Below, in pieces: positions 1-9,733 of a DNA stretch of 64,000 nucleotides (position 1 is its first letter; each line of letters opens with the position of its first letter). Both the position numbers and the translations under genes were made by a program. Under the pieces are notes generated by a model, which ran no database searches, was not told where the DNA came from, and worked only from the letters and a program-made list of their open reading frames with translations. The stretch spans positions 4,256,001-4,320,000 of the forward strand of contig CBDCOX010000002.1 of NCBI GenBank assembly GCA_965219995.1. Direction: 5' to 3'. The stretch is from Candidatus Latescibacterota bacterium. GTDB taxonomy: Bacteria; Latescibacterota; UBA2968; GCA-2709665.

Positions 1-30
1 CGGCCTCCACAATGCGGGGCTTCTTGTGGA

Positions 31-95
31 AAGATAAGCATATCTTGTTGAATTAACGCTGATATTTTGGCCATTTTCGATGATATTTTGTTGAA
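31..95 (-). promoter_or_regulatory. Four-box direct-repeat promoter motif, copy 1 (target gene would lie left of the window)
   Basis: Plus-strand boxes GTTGAA(47), GCTGAT(58), GATGAT(79), GTTGAA(90); minus-strand TATCTT hexamer at 36-31, 10 bp from box 1. Confidence 0.55.
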
Positions 96-281
96 TTCTG
101 GCTCATTTTGCACCTATGGCGCCGTGGCGGGAGAATGGCGGTTGCGATTCTCAGCATTCCATGGATCACTGTTCCTGCGGACGAAGGAAAGTCGGTCGAG
201 GTGAATGCGGGACGGAGGATGGAACCTGCGGGAAAACTCAGGCGGAGAAAAAGAGGAGGCGAGAGCGCGTATCGCTTCGCA

Positions 282-2084
282 TTACTTGAGGTAGAGCAGT
301 CGTTGCGTCTGCACCCCGCCGGGATAGCTCAGCCGCGCAATGTAGATTCCAGTTGACAGCGAGGCGCCAGACTGGTCCCTTGCATCCCACCGGACCCGGT
401 AGGCGCCGGCGGCCTGGGACTCATCCACAAGCCTGCGAACCGGCTGGACCAGCACGTTGTAGATGACCAGTTGTACCCTGCCCGGCTCTGCCAGATGGTA
501 GACAACGTGGGTGGCGCTGTTGAAAGGATTGGGTGAACCGGGCGACAGCCCGCTGAATGCAGCCTCTGCCTCCGGCGCAGTAAACGGCTCGGCCGCGATC
601 GCCAGCTTGCCGGCGGCCAGCGGTTCGACCCGCACGACCTTCATTCCGCCGCCCAGCGTCAGCTCCAGAACCTGCCGTTGGTTGCGATTAAGGGGAATGC
701 TGTGCCATTGGCCTACGGCGTCGCCGGCGGAGCTTCGGGCCCGGGCGCGGTAGTAGCCGCTCACCCCGTCCGCGCTGGAAATGGTAAGGACCAAACTGCC
801 GCTGGCATTGGTGACGGCGCTCCAGTCGTAGCTGGAAGGGCGGCCGGCGATGGCTCGCGAAAACTCGACGGTCAACCCCTCGACGGCGTCTCCCGTGACC
901 GTGGCCGCCACTTCCGTACGGGCATGAGTCGCAGCAACGTCGGGGGCCCGGCCATAATAACCCGACCCAACGATGAAGTTGAACGGGACGACGCGTCCTC
1001 CAATGCTGAGTTCACCGGTGAACTGGCGGGCGTAGCCCGCCTTGGGGATATCGGCGCTGTCGGAGTCGTCATCGGGATCGTCGTAGTAGTACTCCACGAA
1101 ACCGCCCTCCGGGTCATTCTTCGCTGCTGCGAGGACCTGCGGCAGAATGAGCTCTCCGGTGACGCCGTCCCGTGCAATTCCCACCAGAGGCCGCAGCTCG
1201 AATCTGTTCGGAAACGCGCCGTGGAACAGGACGAAGTTGCTGGTAAGATCCAGGACGTATAGGTACACGGAACCGTGCCTCCAGGGTCCGTTCGGATCCC
1301 GCATGGCGATCCTGGCTTTCGAGGAGTCGTTTAGATCGCCGCTCGTCTGGCGTTCGAGAAAGAACTCCCCCGCCTGCGTGACGAAGGCCTTCAAGGTTTC
1401 CCGGTCCACCACGTCCCTGGCGGTAACGGTCGGATTGCCGTAATCGATCTCTTCTTCGGCCAGGTGAGATTCATCGAGATCGAATCCCGCCAGCAACACG
1501 ATCGGGATCGGGAAATTGGCCGAGATATAAACGGTGGCATACCCGGAGGCGCCCGGCATATCGGGGATATTGAACGGGCCGCCTTCCCCTGCTGCGGCTG
1601 CGGCGAAGGCGGCCAGGGCCGCGCCAGGGTCGGCCAGGAGGTCGGCCGGATTGATTCCCAATGCTTGAAGGATCGCTCCATAAATCACGGGATTGAGCAG
1701 CCTGCCTGACAATGCCATGGCCTTTGCGTGAAAGAATATCCGATCGGGCGTCAGTTGCACGAGGTACGTGGAACCGGAACGCCAGGGACTCCCCTCGTGC
1801 CGGAGGAGACATCCAATGTAAAACGCTTCCTCTGCAGTCGCTACTCCCTGGCTGAATTGATCTCTCGCGGCCTGCGCAAAGTCCTTCAGTGTAGCGCTGC
1901 CGTCTTCCACCTGTTGCGCCGTCGCACGCGGGTCCGGAGGAGGCGTCACCCCGGGAGGGAGTGGACAGGCTTCCTGCGTCTGCGCCAGGGCGGGGCGCGT
2001 ATTGAAAGAGAGTCCGGCCAGTACGAGCATGCCGAACACAGGAATCGCGTATGACGAAGTGAGCAATGTTCGAACCTTTTTCAT
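282..2084 (-). CDS. Secreted protein with two Cache-like domains and a C-terminal FlgD-like/T9SS-type sorting domain
   Basis: Signal peptide (..PALA-Q); Cache_2-like motifs PWRHGSVYLYVLD..VLFHG, GGFVEYYYDDP..PKAGYAR..IVGSGYY, with an earlier related unit PWRSGSTYLV..IFFHA; C-terminus PNPFNS..LVIYNVL..VRRLVD..WDARDQSG..STGIYIARL..LLYLK. Confidence 0.8.
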   Translation of the reverse strand: MKKVRTLLTSSYAIPVFGMLVLAGLSFNTRPALAQTQEACPLPPGVTPPPDPRATAQQVEDGSATLKDFAQAARDQFSQGVATAEEAFYIGCLLRHEGSPWRSGSTYLVQLTPDRIFFHAKAMALSGRLLNPVIYGAILQALGINPADLLADPGAALAAFAAAAAGEGGPFNIPDMPGASGYATVYISANFPIPIVLLAGFDLDESHLAEEEIDYGNPTVTARDVVDRETLKAFVTQAGEFFLERQTSGDLNDSSKARIAMRDPNGPWRHGSVYLYVLDLTSNFVLFHGAFPNRFELRPLVGIARDGVTGELILPQVLAAAKNDPEGGFVEYYYDDPDDDSDSADIPKAGYARQFTGELSIGGRVVPFNFIVGSGYYGRAPDVAATHARTEVAATVTGDAVEGLTVEFSRAIAGRPSSYDWSAVTNASGSLVLTISSADGVSGYYRARARSSAGDAVGQWHSIPLNRNQRQVLELTLGGGMKVVRVEPLAAGKLAIAAEPFTAPEAEAAFSGLSPGSPNPFNSATHVVYHLAEPGRVQLVIYNVLVQPVRRLVDESQAAGAYRVRWDARDQSGASLSTGIYIARLSYPGGVQTQRLLYLK

Positions 2085-2268
2085 GGATATTCTCCTTTTC
2101 GAAAAGTCTTGCTGTGTGATGGAAAATCGAACTTCACTGAACTGTTGCAGTCACCGGCGACAATCCTGCGCGGAGATACTTGCGGATCATCGCCTGGAAA
2201 GCGCTACATGAATCGGTAGATCGAATCTGCCTTCACCCGCTTGCTCTCGGCAAGTTGAACAAAACGGA

Positions 2269-2333
2269 AATATAAGGACAGATCGTTGAACTAATGTTGA
2301 ATTTTTGTTCGTTTTCGACAACTTTTCGCTGAA
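2269..2333 (-). promoter_or_regulatory. Four-box direct-repeat promoter motif, copy 2 (upstream of the Cache-CTD gene)
   Basis: GTTGAA(2285), GTTGAA(2296), GCTGAA(2328); TATATT hexamer at 2274-2269, 10 bp from box 1. Confidence 0.6.
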
Positions 2334-2479
2334 AATTGATGCATTTTGCAGTGGTAAGGGTGAGATCGGGCTCTACCGTTGGTGTGCACAGTCGTCAGCT
2401 GGATTGGCGGTCGGCCGGTCAACCGGAGGTTGTTCGGAGGGAAGGGGGAGGGAAGAATGCAATTCCTGAGTATGATGGA

Positions 2480-2560
2480 TATCGCAAACCCGTGACCGAA
2501 ACATCTCGCCGGGGCTATTGCAAGGCATCTCATTCTGAGCGCAACAAAGAATCTCCCGTC
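2480..2560 (+). repeat. Partial copy of the composite REP-mosaic intergenic repeat
   Basis: tcgcaaacccgtgaccgaaacatctcgc...cattctgagcgcaacaaagaatctcccg matches the right half of the copies at 9.5 and 20.3 kb. Confidence 0.7.
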
Positions 2561-2568
2561 TAACGCAT

Positions 2569-4719
2569 CTAGCTATTTCCAAACGCGCCTGCAAAGATCA
2601 GAAAATCGCTGAACCCGATGGCGCCGTTGCCATCCAGGTCGTACCGCGCGTCGTACCCCTCGTCGGCCTCCTTCAACCCAAATGTTCCCGCGAACTGTAC
2701 GAAATCCCCGAATCCCACGGTCCCGTCGCCGTCGAAATCGGGATCGGGGGTTGAGGGACGCGTCCCCGTCCACTTCGATACGTCCCACAGCCGGACCTGA
2801 CCGTCGTCGGACCCGGAGGCCAGCATGCTCCCGTCGGGTGAAAACGACACCGAATTGACGGCGCTCGCGTGACCGAGAGTGACCACGTGTTTTCCGGTAA
2901 GGGCGTCCCACAACCGGACCGTCAAATCCCACGACGCCGAGGCCAGCGTGGATCCATCGGGCGAGAACGCCACCGACTTGACGGTGGTACGATGTCCTTT
3001 CAAGTCAGCGATCTCCCTGCGCGTGGTCGCGTCCCAGAGCTTGAGCATATCCAGGCGCGGACTGAATGCTGACCCGGACGCAAGGGTGGCGCCATCGGGA
3101 GAAAACGACACCGAGTAAACCTCGTACAGATGTCCTTCCAGGCTACCTACCTGGGTCTGTGCGGCGACGTCCCACAGCCGGATCGTTCGATCCCACGACG
3201 CGGAGGCCAGGGCGCGGCCGTTCGGCGAAAACGCCAGTGCGTCGACCTGATCCGAATGCCCTTCCAGCATAGCGACCTGGGTGTCTTTGGCCAGATCCCA
3301 CAGCCGGATCGTTCGATCCCGCCACGCGACGGCCACCGTGCCGCCGTCCGGCGAAAACGCCGCAGAGCGGCCCATTATGAATTCGGAAACCTCAGTGCGG
3401 GTTGTCACGTTCCACAGTCTAACCCCGCGGTCCCACGACGAGGTGGCCAGCGTGCCGCCGTCGGGCGAAAACGCCAGGGATCTGAACCCGCCATCCTCTC
3501 GCCCTCCCAGCGTGCCAACGTGTCCTCGGGTCGCGACGTTCCAAAGCATTACTCTGCTGTCTTCAATACCTCCTGCGGAAGCCACATGGGTACCGTCGGG
3601 GGAGAACGACACCGACGTCACCCCGTGGGTATGCCCTTCCCAGGCGGCAATCAGGTACGGCGAGGCTTCCTCGTACACGAAGTATGTACCGTTCGCGTCT
3701 CCCCTGGTGTCAACGACACTGACGCCGATGCCATGAGCGGGTCCATCAGGCAGACTCCTGAAGCCATCGAACGAGCTATAAGCGCCTTCAAACTCGAACG
3801 AAACGACGGCATATTTCTTCCCTCCGATCGATCGACACGCCACGATACCGCTTAAGCTGTTTAGTATGACTTGATGAAGACCGTCAGGGTCGCTGAGTTC
3901 GACCTGGACGGTGACGCTCGTCGAGCCTGCCGGGTACCGGGTTGGCGACAACAGTCGGATGCCGGGCGCCGATACCTCTTCCAATGGAATATCGGGATTG
4001 AAGTACGGATGCACGGCAAGGAGTTCCGCGGAGCACGCAGACAGCGCGCTTCCAATGGAACCATAGGACATGATATGCTTTTTGTCCCTGAAGTCGTGCC
4101 ACAAGCTGAAGGCATGGCCCAGTTCATGCGCGACGGTTGAGTACTCGAATCCTCCAGGTACCAGCACCCAGCCCCCACGCTTGCCCAGATCGCCCCCCAA
4201 TCCCATTGCCCGGCCGGCGGCATTGCTGCTATTGTCGGTGATTATCAGATACACGTTCGCGGAGAGATCGAATTCACGTTCAACATCGAAGATCTCTTCG
4301 GTATTCGACAAATAGTGCGCATCGGGATGATCCGCGTCCACGCGATGCACGAGGGGTTCGCCTCGCGCGTCTGTCTCGACGCGAAAGGTCCGATTGCCGT
4401 AGCCATGCGCCAGCATCTGCTCCCCGAAGAACGTCTGAATCCGCTTGATCACCGTCTTCATCGAATCGACGACTTCCTGCCGAAAGGGGCGATCGTTGGG
4501 CAGGAAGTAAATCATCCGCACGGTTCGCGGTTCGCCCACGTTGAGGTCCGCCGCCCGTTTGCCGGCCGGGAGGGGGTGCTCCCGCCGCCACTGCTCATGA
4601 CCGACCCCGCAGAATAGCACGTGGTCGGACGCAGACGTGGACGCGGAAACTCCTGTCACCGGTGTGAGCAGGAGAAACAGCACAATTGGTAAAACAGAAC
4701 CGCAAAGGTTGGCTATCAT
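2569..4719 (-). CDS. Secreted zincin-like metalloprotease / WD40 propeller / C-terminal dockerin-like protein
   Basis: Start reassigned to ATG 4719 (AGGGAG upstream, signal peptide follows); HELGHAFSLWH zinc motif; about 7 WD40 repeats (AFSPDG..LAS.SWD.TIRLWD); twin DFDGDGTVGFGDF / DLDGNGAIGFSDF Ca loops. Confidence 0.88.
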   Translation of the reverse strand: MIANLCGSVLPIVLFLLLTPVTGVSASTSASDHVLFCGVGHEQWRREHPLPAGKRAADLNVGEPRTVRMIYFLPNDRPFRQEVVDSMKTVIKRIQTFFGEQMLAHGYGNRTFRVETDARGEPLVHRVDADHPDAHYLSNTEEIFDVEREFDLSANVYLIITDNSSNAAGRAMGLGGDLGKRGGWVLVPGGFEYSTVAHELGHAFSLWHDFRDKKHIMSYGSIGSALSACSAELLAVHPYFNPDIPLEEVSAPGIRLLSPTRYPAGSTSVTVQVELSDPDGLHQVILNSLSGIVACRSIGGKKYAVVSFEFEGAYSSFDGFRSLPDGPAHGIGVSVVDTRGDANGTYFVYEEASPYLIAAWEGHTHGVTSVSFSPDGTHVASAGGIEDSRVMLWNVATRGHVGTLGGREDGGFRSLAFSPDGGTLATSSWDRGVRLWNVTTRTEVSEFIMGRSAAFSPDGGTVAVAWRDRTIRLWDLAKDTQVAMLEGHSDQVDALAFSPNGRALASASWDRTIRLWDVAAQTQVGSLEGHLYEVYSVSFSPDGATLASGSAFSPRLDMLKLWDATTRREIADLKGHRTTVKSVAFSPDGSTLASASWDLTVRLWDALTGKHVVTLGHASAVNSVSFSPDGSMLASGSDDGQVRLWDVSKWTGTRPSTPDPDFDGDGTVGFGDFVQFAGTFGLKEADEGYDARYDLDGNGAIGFSDFLIFAGAFGNS

Positions 4720-4824
4720 TGGAATGTGCTCCCTTCGGAAGGGGTTCAGGCGCCCGGGACTCCCGCGACGGAGATGACCGTCCAACATACCTCCCCGAGC
4801 GAAGTCGAAAGGCCCCTATTGAGA

Positions 4825-5192
4825 CGTGGTCATTGCCTGCGTTGAGCCTGTCGAAACGGCTTGTCGAAATGCCCGTATATCGGGATCCCATCAACACACG
4901 CGCTTGCAAAGAATGACCGTATGAGCGCAAACGTGCCGCCAGTTCGGATCGGGACACGTGCAAATCATGTACGTGTGAATCGATGCTGCAGTAGATCCTT
5001 CGTCAGCCTGCCTGCCGATGATTCTCTGGCAGGCAGGGCGGCTTCCTCAGGATGACATGTTGGGCGAATGAATGACGGACATATTTTCGCCAATGGCTAT
5101 TGCAATGCATGTCATTCTGAGCGGAGCGAAGAATCTCCCGGCTACTCGAACGTCCTGGTCGAAAACGCGCGGAAAACGCATCTGCGCGGAGA
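4825..5192 (+). repeat. Composite REP-mosaic repeat, copy A
   Basis: acgtgccgcc..cgatgctgcagtagatccttcgtcagcctgcctgcc..ggcaggcagggcggcttcctcaggatgaca..tgtcattctgagcggagcgaagaatctccc..gaaaacgcgcgg..tgcgcggaga. Confidence 0.85.
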
Positions 5193-5595
5193 TCCATAAT
5201 CAACCTGCCACGGCGAATCACGCGACGTTGGATGCCCTCTTCATCCGCCATACCGAGATTCACGCGTACAGGTTTGAGCGCATCAAGAGCGACACGGCCG
5301 CCCGGTATGGTCGATCAATGATTCGGGTTCCCAACAACGGCTTGCGGAATCGTCGAGCAATTCAAAAAAAACTGTTGTGCGAAGGCAGTCACTGTGGTTA
5401 TGATACTTTCCCGCAAAAGACGCGTGAAAAATGGCCGGTAGAAGCGGCATTCTTCGTGAGGACCCATCTGTCTCATTTTGGCAGATTTGCGCGGCGCAAA
5501 CGCGTTCAGGCGTATTGGATGATCCGGAACCATCGCGGAACCCCGCTTCGCGAAAAGAGCCGCACCACGAACCGTCGGACGAACAAGGGGCAACG

Positions 5596-7143
5596 ATGAC
5601 CCGACGCAGATTGCCCATCGGGATTCAGACCTTCCGGGAAATCCGCGAGCAGAATTGCTACTACGTTGACAAGACCGCGTACATCCGGCGGCTGCTCGAC
5701 GAGGGCAAACACTATTTCCTGTCCCGTCCGCGCCGGTTTGGCAAGAGCCTGTTCCTGGACACGTTGAAGGAACTGTTCGAAGGCAACGAGCCGCTTTTCG
5801 ACGGACTGTACATCCACGACCGCTGGGATTGGAGAACGCCCTATCCGGTTCTGCGCCTCAGCTTTGGCAGCGGCATCTTCAATGAGCCGGATGCCCTGCA
5901 CAAAGAGGTTATGGCGCAACTGGACGCCTTTGAAGCAGAAGCGGGCGTCAAGAGCCACTACGACTCGGCGTCGGCGCGATTTCGCGATATCATCCGGACG
6001 TTGCATCGCCACGCGGGACGTCGCGTAGCCGTACTTGTTGACGAATACGACAAGCCGATATTGGACGCGCTGGAAATTCCGGAGATTGCCCGCGGCAACC
6101 GTGACTTTTTGCGCGGCCTCTATGCCACCATCAAAGACTGCGACGCGCACGTCCGCTTCACGTTTCTCACCGGCGTCAGCAAGTTCTCCAAAGTCCGCCT
6201 GTTCTCCGGCCTCAACAACCTCACGGACGTCACCATTGACCCGCGCTATTCCTCGGTCTGCGGATACACGGAAGCGGACCTGGACACGGTATTCGCGCCG
6301 GAACTGCCGGGCCTGGACAGAGACCGTGTCCGCGAGTGGTACAACGGCTACAGCTGGCTGGGCGATGAGAAGGTGTATAACCCGTTCGACATTCTGCTGC
6401 TTTTCGACAAACGCGCTTTTGGCACGTACTGGTTCGAGACCGGCACGCCCACGTTTCTCATTGAAACCCTGTTCAAGCGCCGCGTCAGTTCTCTCGACCT
6501 CGATACCCTGATCGGCGGCGACAATTTATTGTCCACCTTCGACGTTGACCACGTGGCTACCGAAGCGCTCCTGTTCCAGACAGGCTACCTCACCATCACC
6601 GGCCAGGAAGACCTTGGCGGTACGTCTCTGTACCGGCTGGGTTATCCCAATCGGGAAGTGCGCCAGAGCCTTAACGAGAGCCTGCTGCGCCACCTGGTCA
6701 AAGACTCGACGCGGCAGACGGCGAACGCCGTGCGCCTGTTTCGCCTGCTGGAAGCCAACGACTTTGCCGGTCTGGAGACCCTGTTCCACGCCTTCTATGC
6801 CAGCATCCCGTACGAATGGTACACCAACAACGACATTGCCGAATTCGAGGGTTTTTACGCCAGCGTATTCTACTCCTATTTCGCGGGGTTGGGGCTTGAC
6901 GTCACCGTTGAAGACAGCAGCAGCCACGGCCGGCTGGACATGGCCGTTCACTTCAACGACAACGTCTACCTGTTCGAGTTCAAGGTGGTGGAGATGGCGT
7001 CTGAGGGCGCTGCAATGGCGCAGTTGCAGGAAAAGCGTTACGCGGACAAATACCGCGGGCAGGACCGGCCCATCCACCTGATCGGCGTGGAATTCAGTAA
7101 GAAAACGCGGAACATTACGGGATTTGAGGTCGCGCACGCCTGA
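5596..7143 (+). CDS. AAA-ATPase-like domain + PD-(D/E)XK nuclease protein
   Basis: Family-typical LPIGIQTF..YYVDKT, Walker A SRPRRFGKS, Walker B VLVDEYDKP, FLTGVSKFS, YNGY, YWFETGTP; nuclease GRLDM..YLFEFK..AMAQL..Y. Confidence 0.92.
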   Translation: MTRRRLPIGIQTFREIREQNCYYVDKTAYIRRLLDEGKHYFLSRPRRFGKSLFLDTLKELFEGNEPLFDGLYIHDRWDWRTPYPVLRLSFGSGIFNEPDALHKEVMAQLDAFEAEAGVKSHYDSASARFRDIIRTLHRHAGRRVAVLVDEYDKPILDALEIPEIARGNRDFLRGLYATIKDCDAHVRFTFLTGVSKFSKVRLFSGLNNLTDVTIDPRYSSVCGYTEADLDTVFAPELPGLDRDRVREWYNGYSWLGDEKVYNPFDILLLFDKRAFGTYWFETGTPTFLIETLFKRRVSSLDLDTLIGGDNLLSTFDVDHVATEALLFQTGYLTITGQEDLGGTSLYRLGYPNREVRQSLNESLLRHLVKDSTRQTANAVRLFRLLEANDFAGLETLFHAFYASIPYEWYTNNDIAEFEGFYASVFYSYFAGLGLDVTVEDSSSHGRLDMAVHFNDNVYLFEFKVVEMASEGAAMAQLQEKRYADKYRGQDRPIHLIGVEFSKKTRNITGFEVAHA

Positions 7144-7239
7144 ACCGCGGCTCGCCGAGCGAATAGGCGTGAGCCCGGGCGATGATGGACTATCGGTATC
7201 CGGTTCACAATCCTGTCGCTGCCTGCTGTCGCACCTGAA

Positions 7240-7479
7240 GATGAAATTGGAAAAATCGTAGACGTATATATCGAACGTCATGTAATGCCCCGTGATCCCC
7301 TTGGAGATGCATTGCATTTGGCCTTGGCATCATTCTATAAATTCGATTATCTTCTGACATGGAACTGTGAACACCTTGCCAATGCCAATAAGGTGGGACA
7401 TATTCGCAGGATCAATACTCTGTTGGGGCTTTATGTGCGAATGTTAATAACACCTTTGGAACTCATGGGAGATGAATAG
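7240..7479 (+). pseudogene. 5'-truncated PIN-domain (VapC-like) gene
   Basis: DALHLALAS..YLLTWNCEHLAN..ITPLEL is the C-terminal half of a PIN family; no N-terminal acidic strand visible; locally low GC. Confidence 0.7.
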
Positions 7480-7481
7480 TC

Positions 7482-7673
7482 ATGGATACATATCGAGAAT
7501 TGATCGAAAGCATCCGGGAAAGCCGGAAGCTCATGTCTGAAGCGTGTGGTCACAATTCGAGTAAATACATAGCCTATTTAAAATCGTTCAATACGCAGTA
7601 TTCGGATCAAGTGAAATTATCCCAGGAATGGCAAGGCTCAAAGTTTGCACGGCAGATAGAGTCCCTGGAGTAA
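7482..7673 (+). CDS. Small protein directly downstream of the PIN gene (possible antitoxin-like partner)
   Basis: Starts 2 bp after the PIN stop; ELIESIRESR..CGHN resembles small helical proteins that follow such PIN genes. Confidence 0.5.
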   Translation: MDTYRELIESIRESRKLMSEACGHNSSKYIAYLKSFNTQYSDQVKLSQEWQGSKFARQIESLE

Positions 7674-7971
7674 ACGTCCATCTCCTGAAGTTGGCATCTG
7701 GCGTTACCTGATTGACACGTAAGCGTCCAACGGATCGAGATAGCCGGGATTCACGTTTTCGTATCGTAATTCAATCGTGCCATTGCAAAGTGGCCCGTTC
7801 CACGTCGTCCGCGGGCTGCCTGGCTATTGGCGATACGAATGACCGGACGCCTTCAAATACGCCCGACTCCTGCGAATACCCGTCCTGCCTATATCAACAA
7901 CCCCACCCTCCTCTCTGCCGAAAACCCTTCCGCCTGGATCCGATACAGTTGGACTCCGTTGGCCACGCGCC

Positions 7972-8140
7972 GACCCATCCCAGGTTACCGTGAAAGCGCC
8001 CGCTTCCTGTCGTTCGTTTACGAGGACGCGTACCTCCTGGCCCAGTAGATTGTATACCGCCAGACGCACGCGCCCCGCCTCTGCAAGTTGATACCGGATC
8101 ACCGTGGATGGGTTGAACGGGTTGGGCGCATTCCGTCCCA
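7972..8140 (-). pseudogene. Relic of a FlgD-like/T9SS-type CTD (cohesin-CTD gene family)
   Basis: NAPNPFNPSTVIRYQLAEAGRVRLAVYNLLGQEVRVLVNERQEAGAFTVTWDG, close to the C-termini of 28714-29523 and 46217-47026; truncated both sides. Confidence 0.85.
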
Positions 8141-8179
8141 GACCGGCGCGTTCGCGCCCAACTCTGCGCGAACCGTCTT

Positions 8180-8421
8180 CAGACTATAGTAAACGCCTCC
8201 CTTTCCACAGCCCCAAACGGTTTCATACCCGCGAAGATATCGAAATTTCCCCCACTGACTATGTCAGGCCCGACACCGACCTGAATTACCTCTCGACCGT
8301 CACCGAATTCCGGAATGCCCCGGCTGAAGAGGACCTCCAACTCCGGTTCACCGACGAGCGCGCGCTTGGCGACCGCCTGCGCCGCTTCCTCCGGCAAGAG
8401 CTAAAAAGCCGGCGAGGTTAA
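8180..8421 (+). pseudogene. Possible 3' fragment of an unknown gene
   Basis: Coding-like composition ending at TAA 8421; no credible start; no family recognised. Confidence 0.25.
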
Positions 8422-8480
8422 TCACTCCGTCGCTGTCGAAATCACCGGGACATTGTGCAGAGGGCGCGGATACTGTACCG
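8418..8480 (-). pseudogene. Dockerin-like relic
   Basis: Translates SAPSAQCPGDFDSDGVIN, matching the CPGDFDGDG entry into the dockerin-like domain of 17221 and 51525. Confidence 0.6.
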
Positions 8481-8726
8481 TGTTGTCAACGGCTAACGTC
8501 GTTCCGGGCAACATGATTGCCAGGCACATGATTGCAAAAAAGCGATGTTGAATTGCCATCTACTTGGTATTGCAATTCGGACGTTCCTCAGACTCATCTC
8601 GAAAGTCTCGGTCTCGTGTTCTTGGCGACGCGACGCAGTCAGCCATAGACGACAAGCACTGATGTAGTGAACAGCGGCACAGCAACTCAAACCTTGCTCA
8701 ACGGGCTTTTGCGCGGTTGGTCCAGT

Positions 8727-9287
8727 TTAACGTGTTACCGAAACACCTCTCGCACTTAAGGCAGGAATGTGTGTGTCGATCGATTCGGAGTTCAACGGAT
8801 TCTCTCTGACGTTAATTCGGGTTAATCCTGGATTCGTAACCAAAGGTGAAATGTCCGATATTCTGTTGTTATAGAGATGCAGCGTCGTGAGGTTGGCTAA
8901 GCCGGATAGCGCCGAAATGTTGGAAATGCGATTGCTACCAAGATTCAACACCTTCAATTTGGCCAAGCTCGAAAGTGAAGAGATGTCCGAAATGCGGTTG
9001 TGCCAGAGAGACAGAGACGCAAGATTGGTCAAGTCTGCAAGAGACGATATGTCCGAAATGTGCCTGGTGTTGTGAAGTCTCAGGACTGTCAGATTAGTTA
9101 AGCCGGCAAGCGACGATATATCCGAAACACGGGTGGCCTCCAGATGCAACTCGTTCAGATTGATTAAGCCCGACAAGGGTTTTATGTCTGAGAGGGCGTT
9201 GCTGAAATCAAGATTCAGATACGAAAGTCGGGTCAATCCTGCCACGGCAGACACATCCGTGATGTCGTTATTGAATAGATTCAACTG
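8727..9287 (-). pseudogene. Internalin-like LRR gene, 5' part missing at the composite repeat
   Basis: 22-aa repeats L.L..N.ISDIS.L..LTNL; C-cap NPLNSESIDTHIPAL..RGV.V; the upstream frame runs directly into repeat DNA at about 9289. Confidence 0.8.
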
Positions 9288-9288
9288 C

Positions 9289-9650
9289 ACTCGCGCTTCC
9301 CTATGCTGACCGTGTGTGCGCCAACGTGCCGCCCGTTCGGCTCGGGACAACTGCAATTCACGCACGTGTGAACCGATGCTGCAGAAGATCCTTCGTCAGC
9401 CTGCCTGCCAATGATTCTCTGGCAGGCAGGGCGGCTTCCTCAGGATAACAGGTTTCGCACACGTCGGCAGACAGGAATGTCTGCCCCACCCTCACGTCTG
9501 TTTCCTGAGCTTGACAATTTTCGCAAACGCGTGACCGAAACATCTCGCTGAGGGCTGTTGCAAGCCATGACATTCTGAGCGGAGCGAAGAATCTCCCGTT
9601 TTCTGGATCGTCCTGAACGAAAATGCGCGCTAAACACAACTGCGCGGATA
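9289..9650 (+). repeat. Composite REP-mosaic repeat, copy B
   Basis: Same core as copy A plus palindrome ggcagacaggaatgtctgccccac. Confidence 0.88.
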
Positions 9651-9694
9651 CATCGCCTGCAGGTGCGGGCTTGACGAGCATCCGCAAAGACGGA

Positions 9695-9714
9695 AGAGCC
9701 GGTGGGCCGGCTCT
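9695..9714 (-). terminator. Hairpin downstream of the metalloprotease gene
   Basis: agagccgg-tggg-ccggctct about 20 bp after stop 9734; related hairpin at about 30420 after the paralog; weak U-tract. Confidence 0.4.
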
Positions 9715-9733
9715 ATGTCGCAAAACGACGCAC

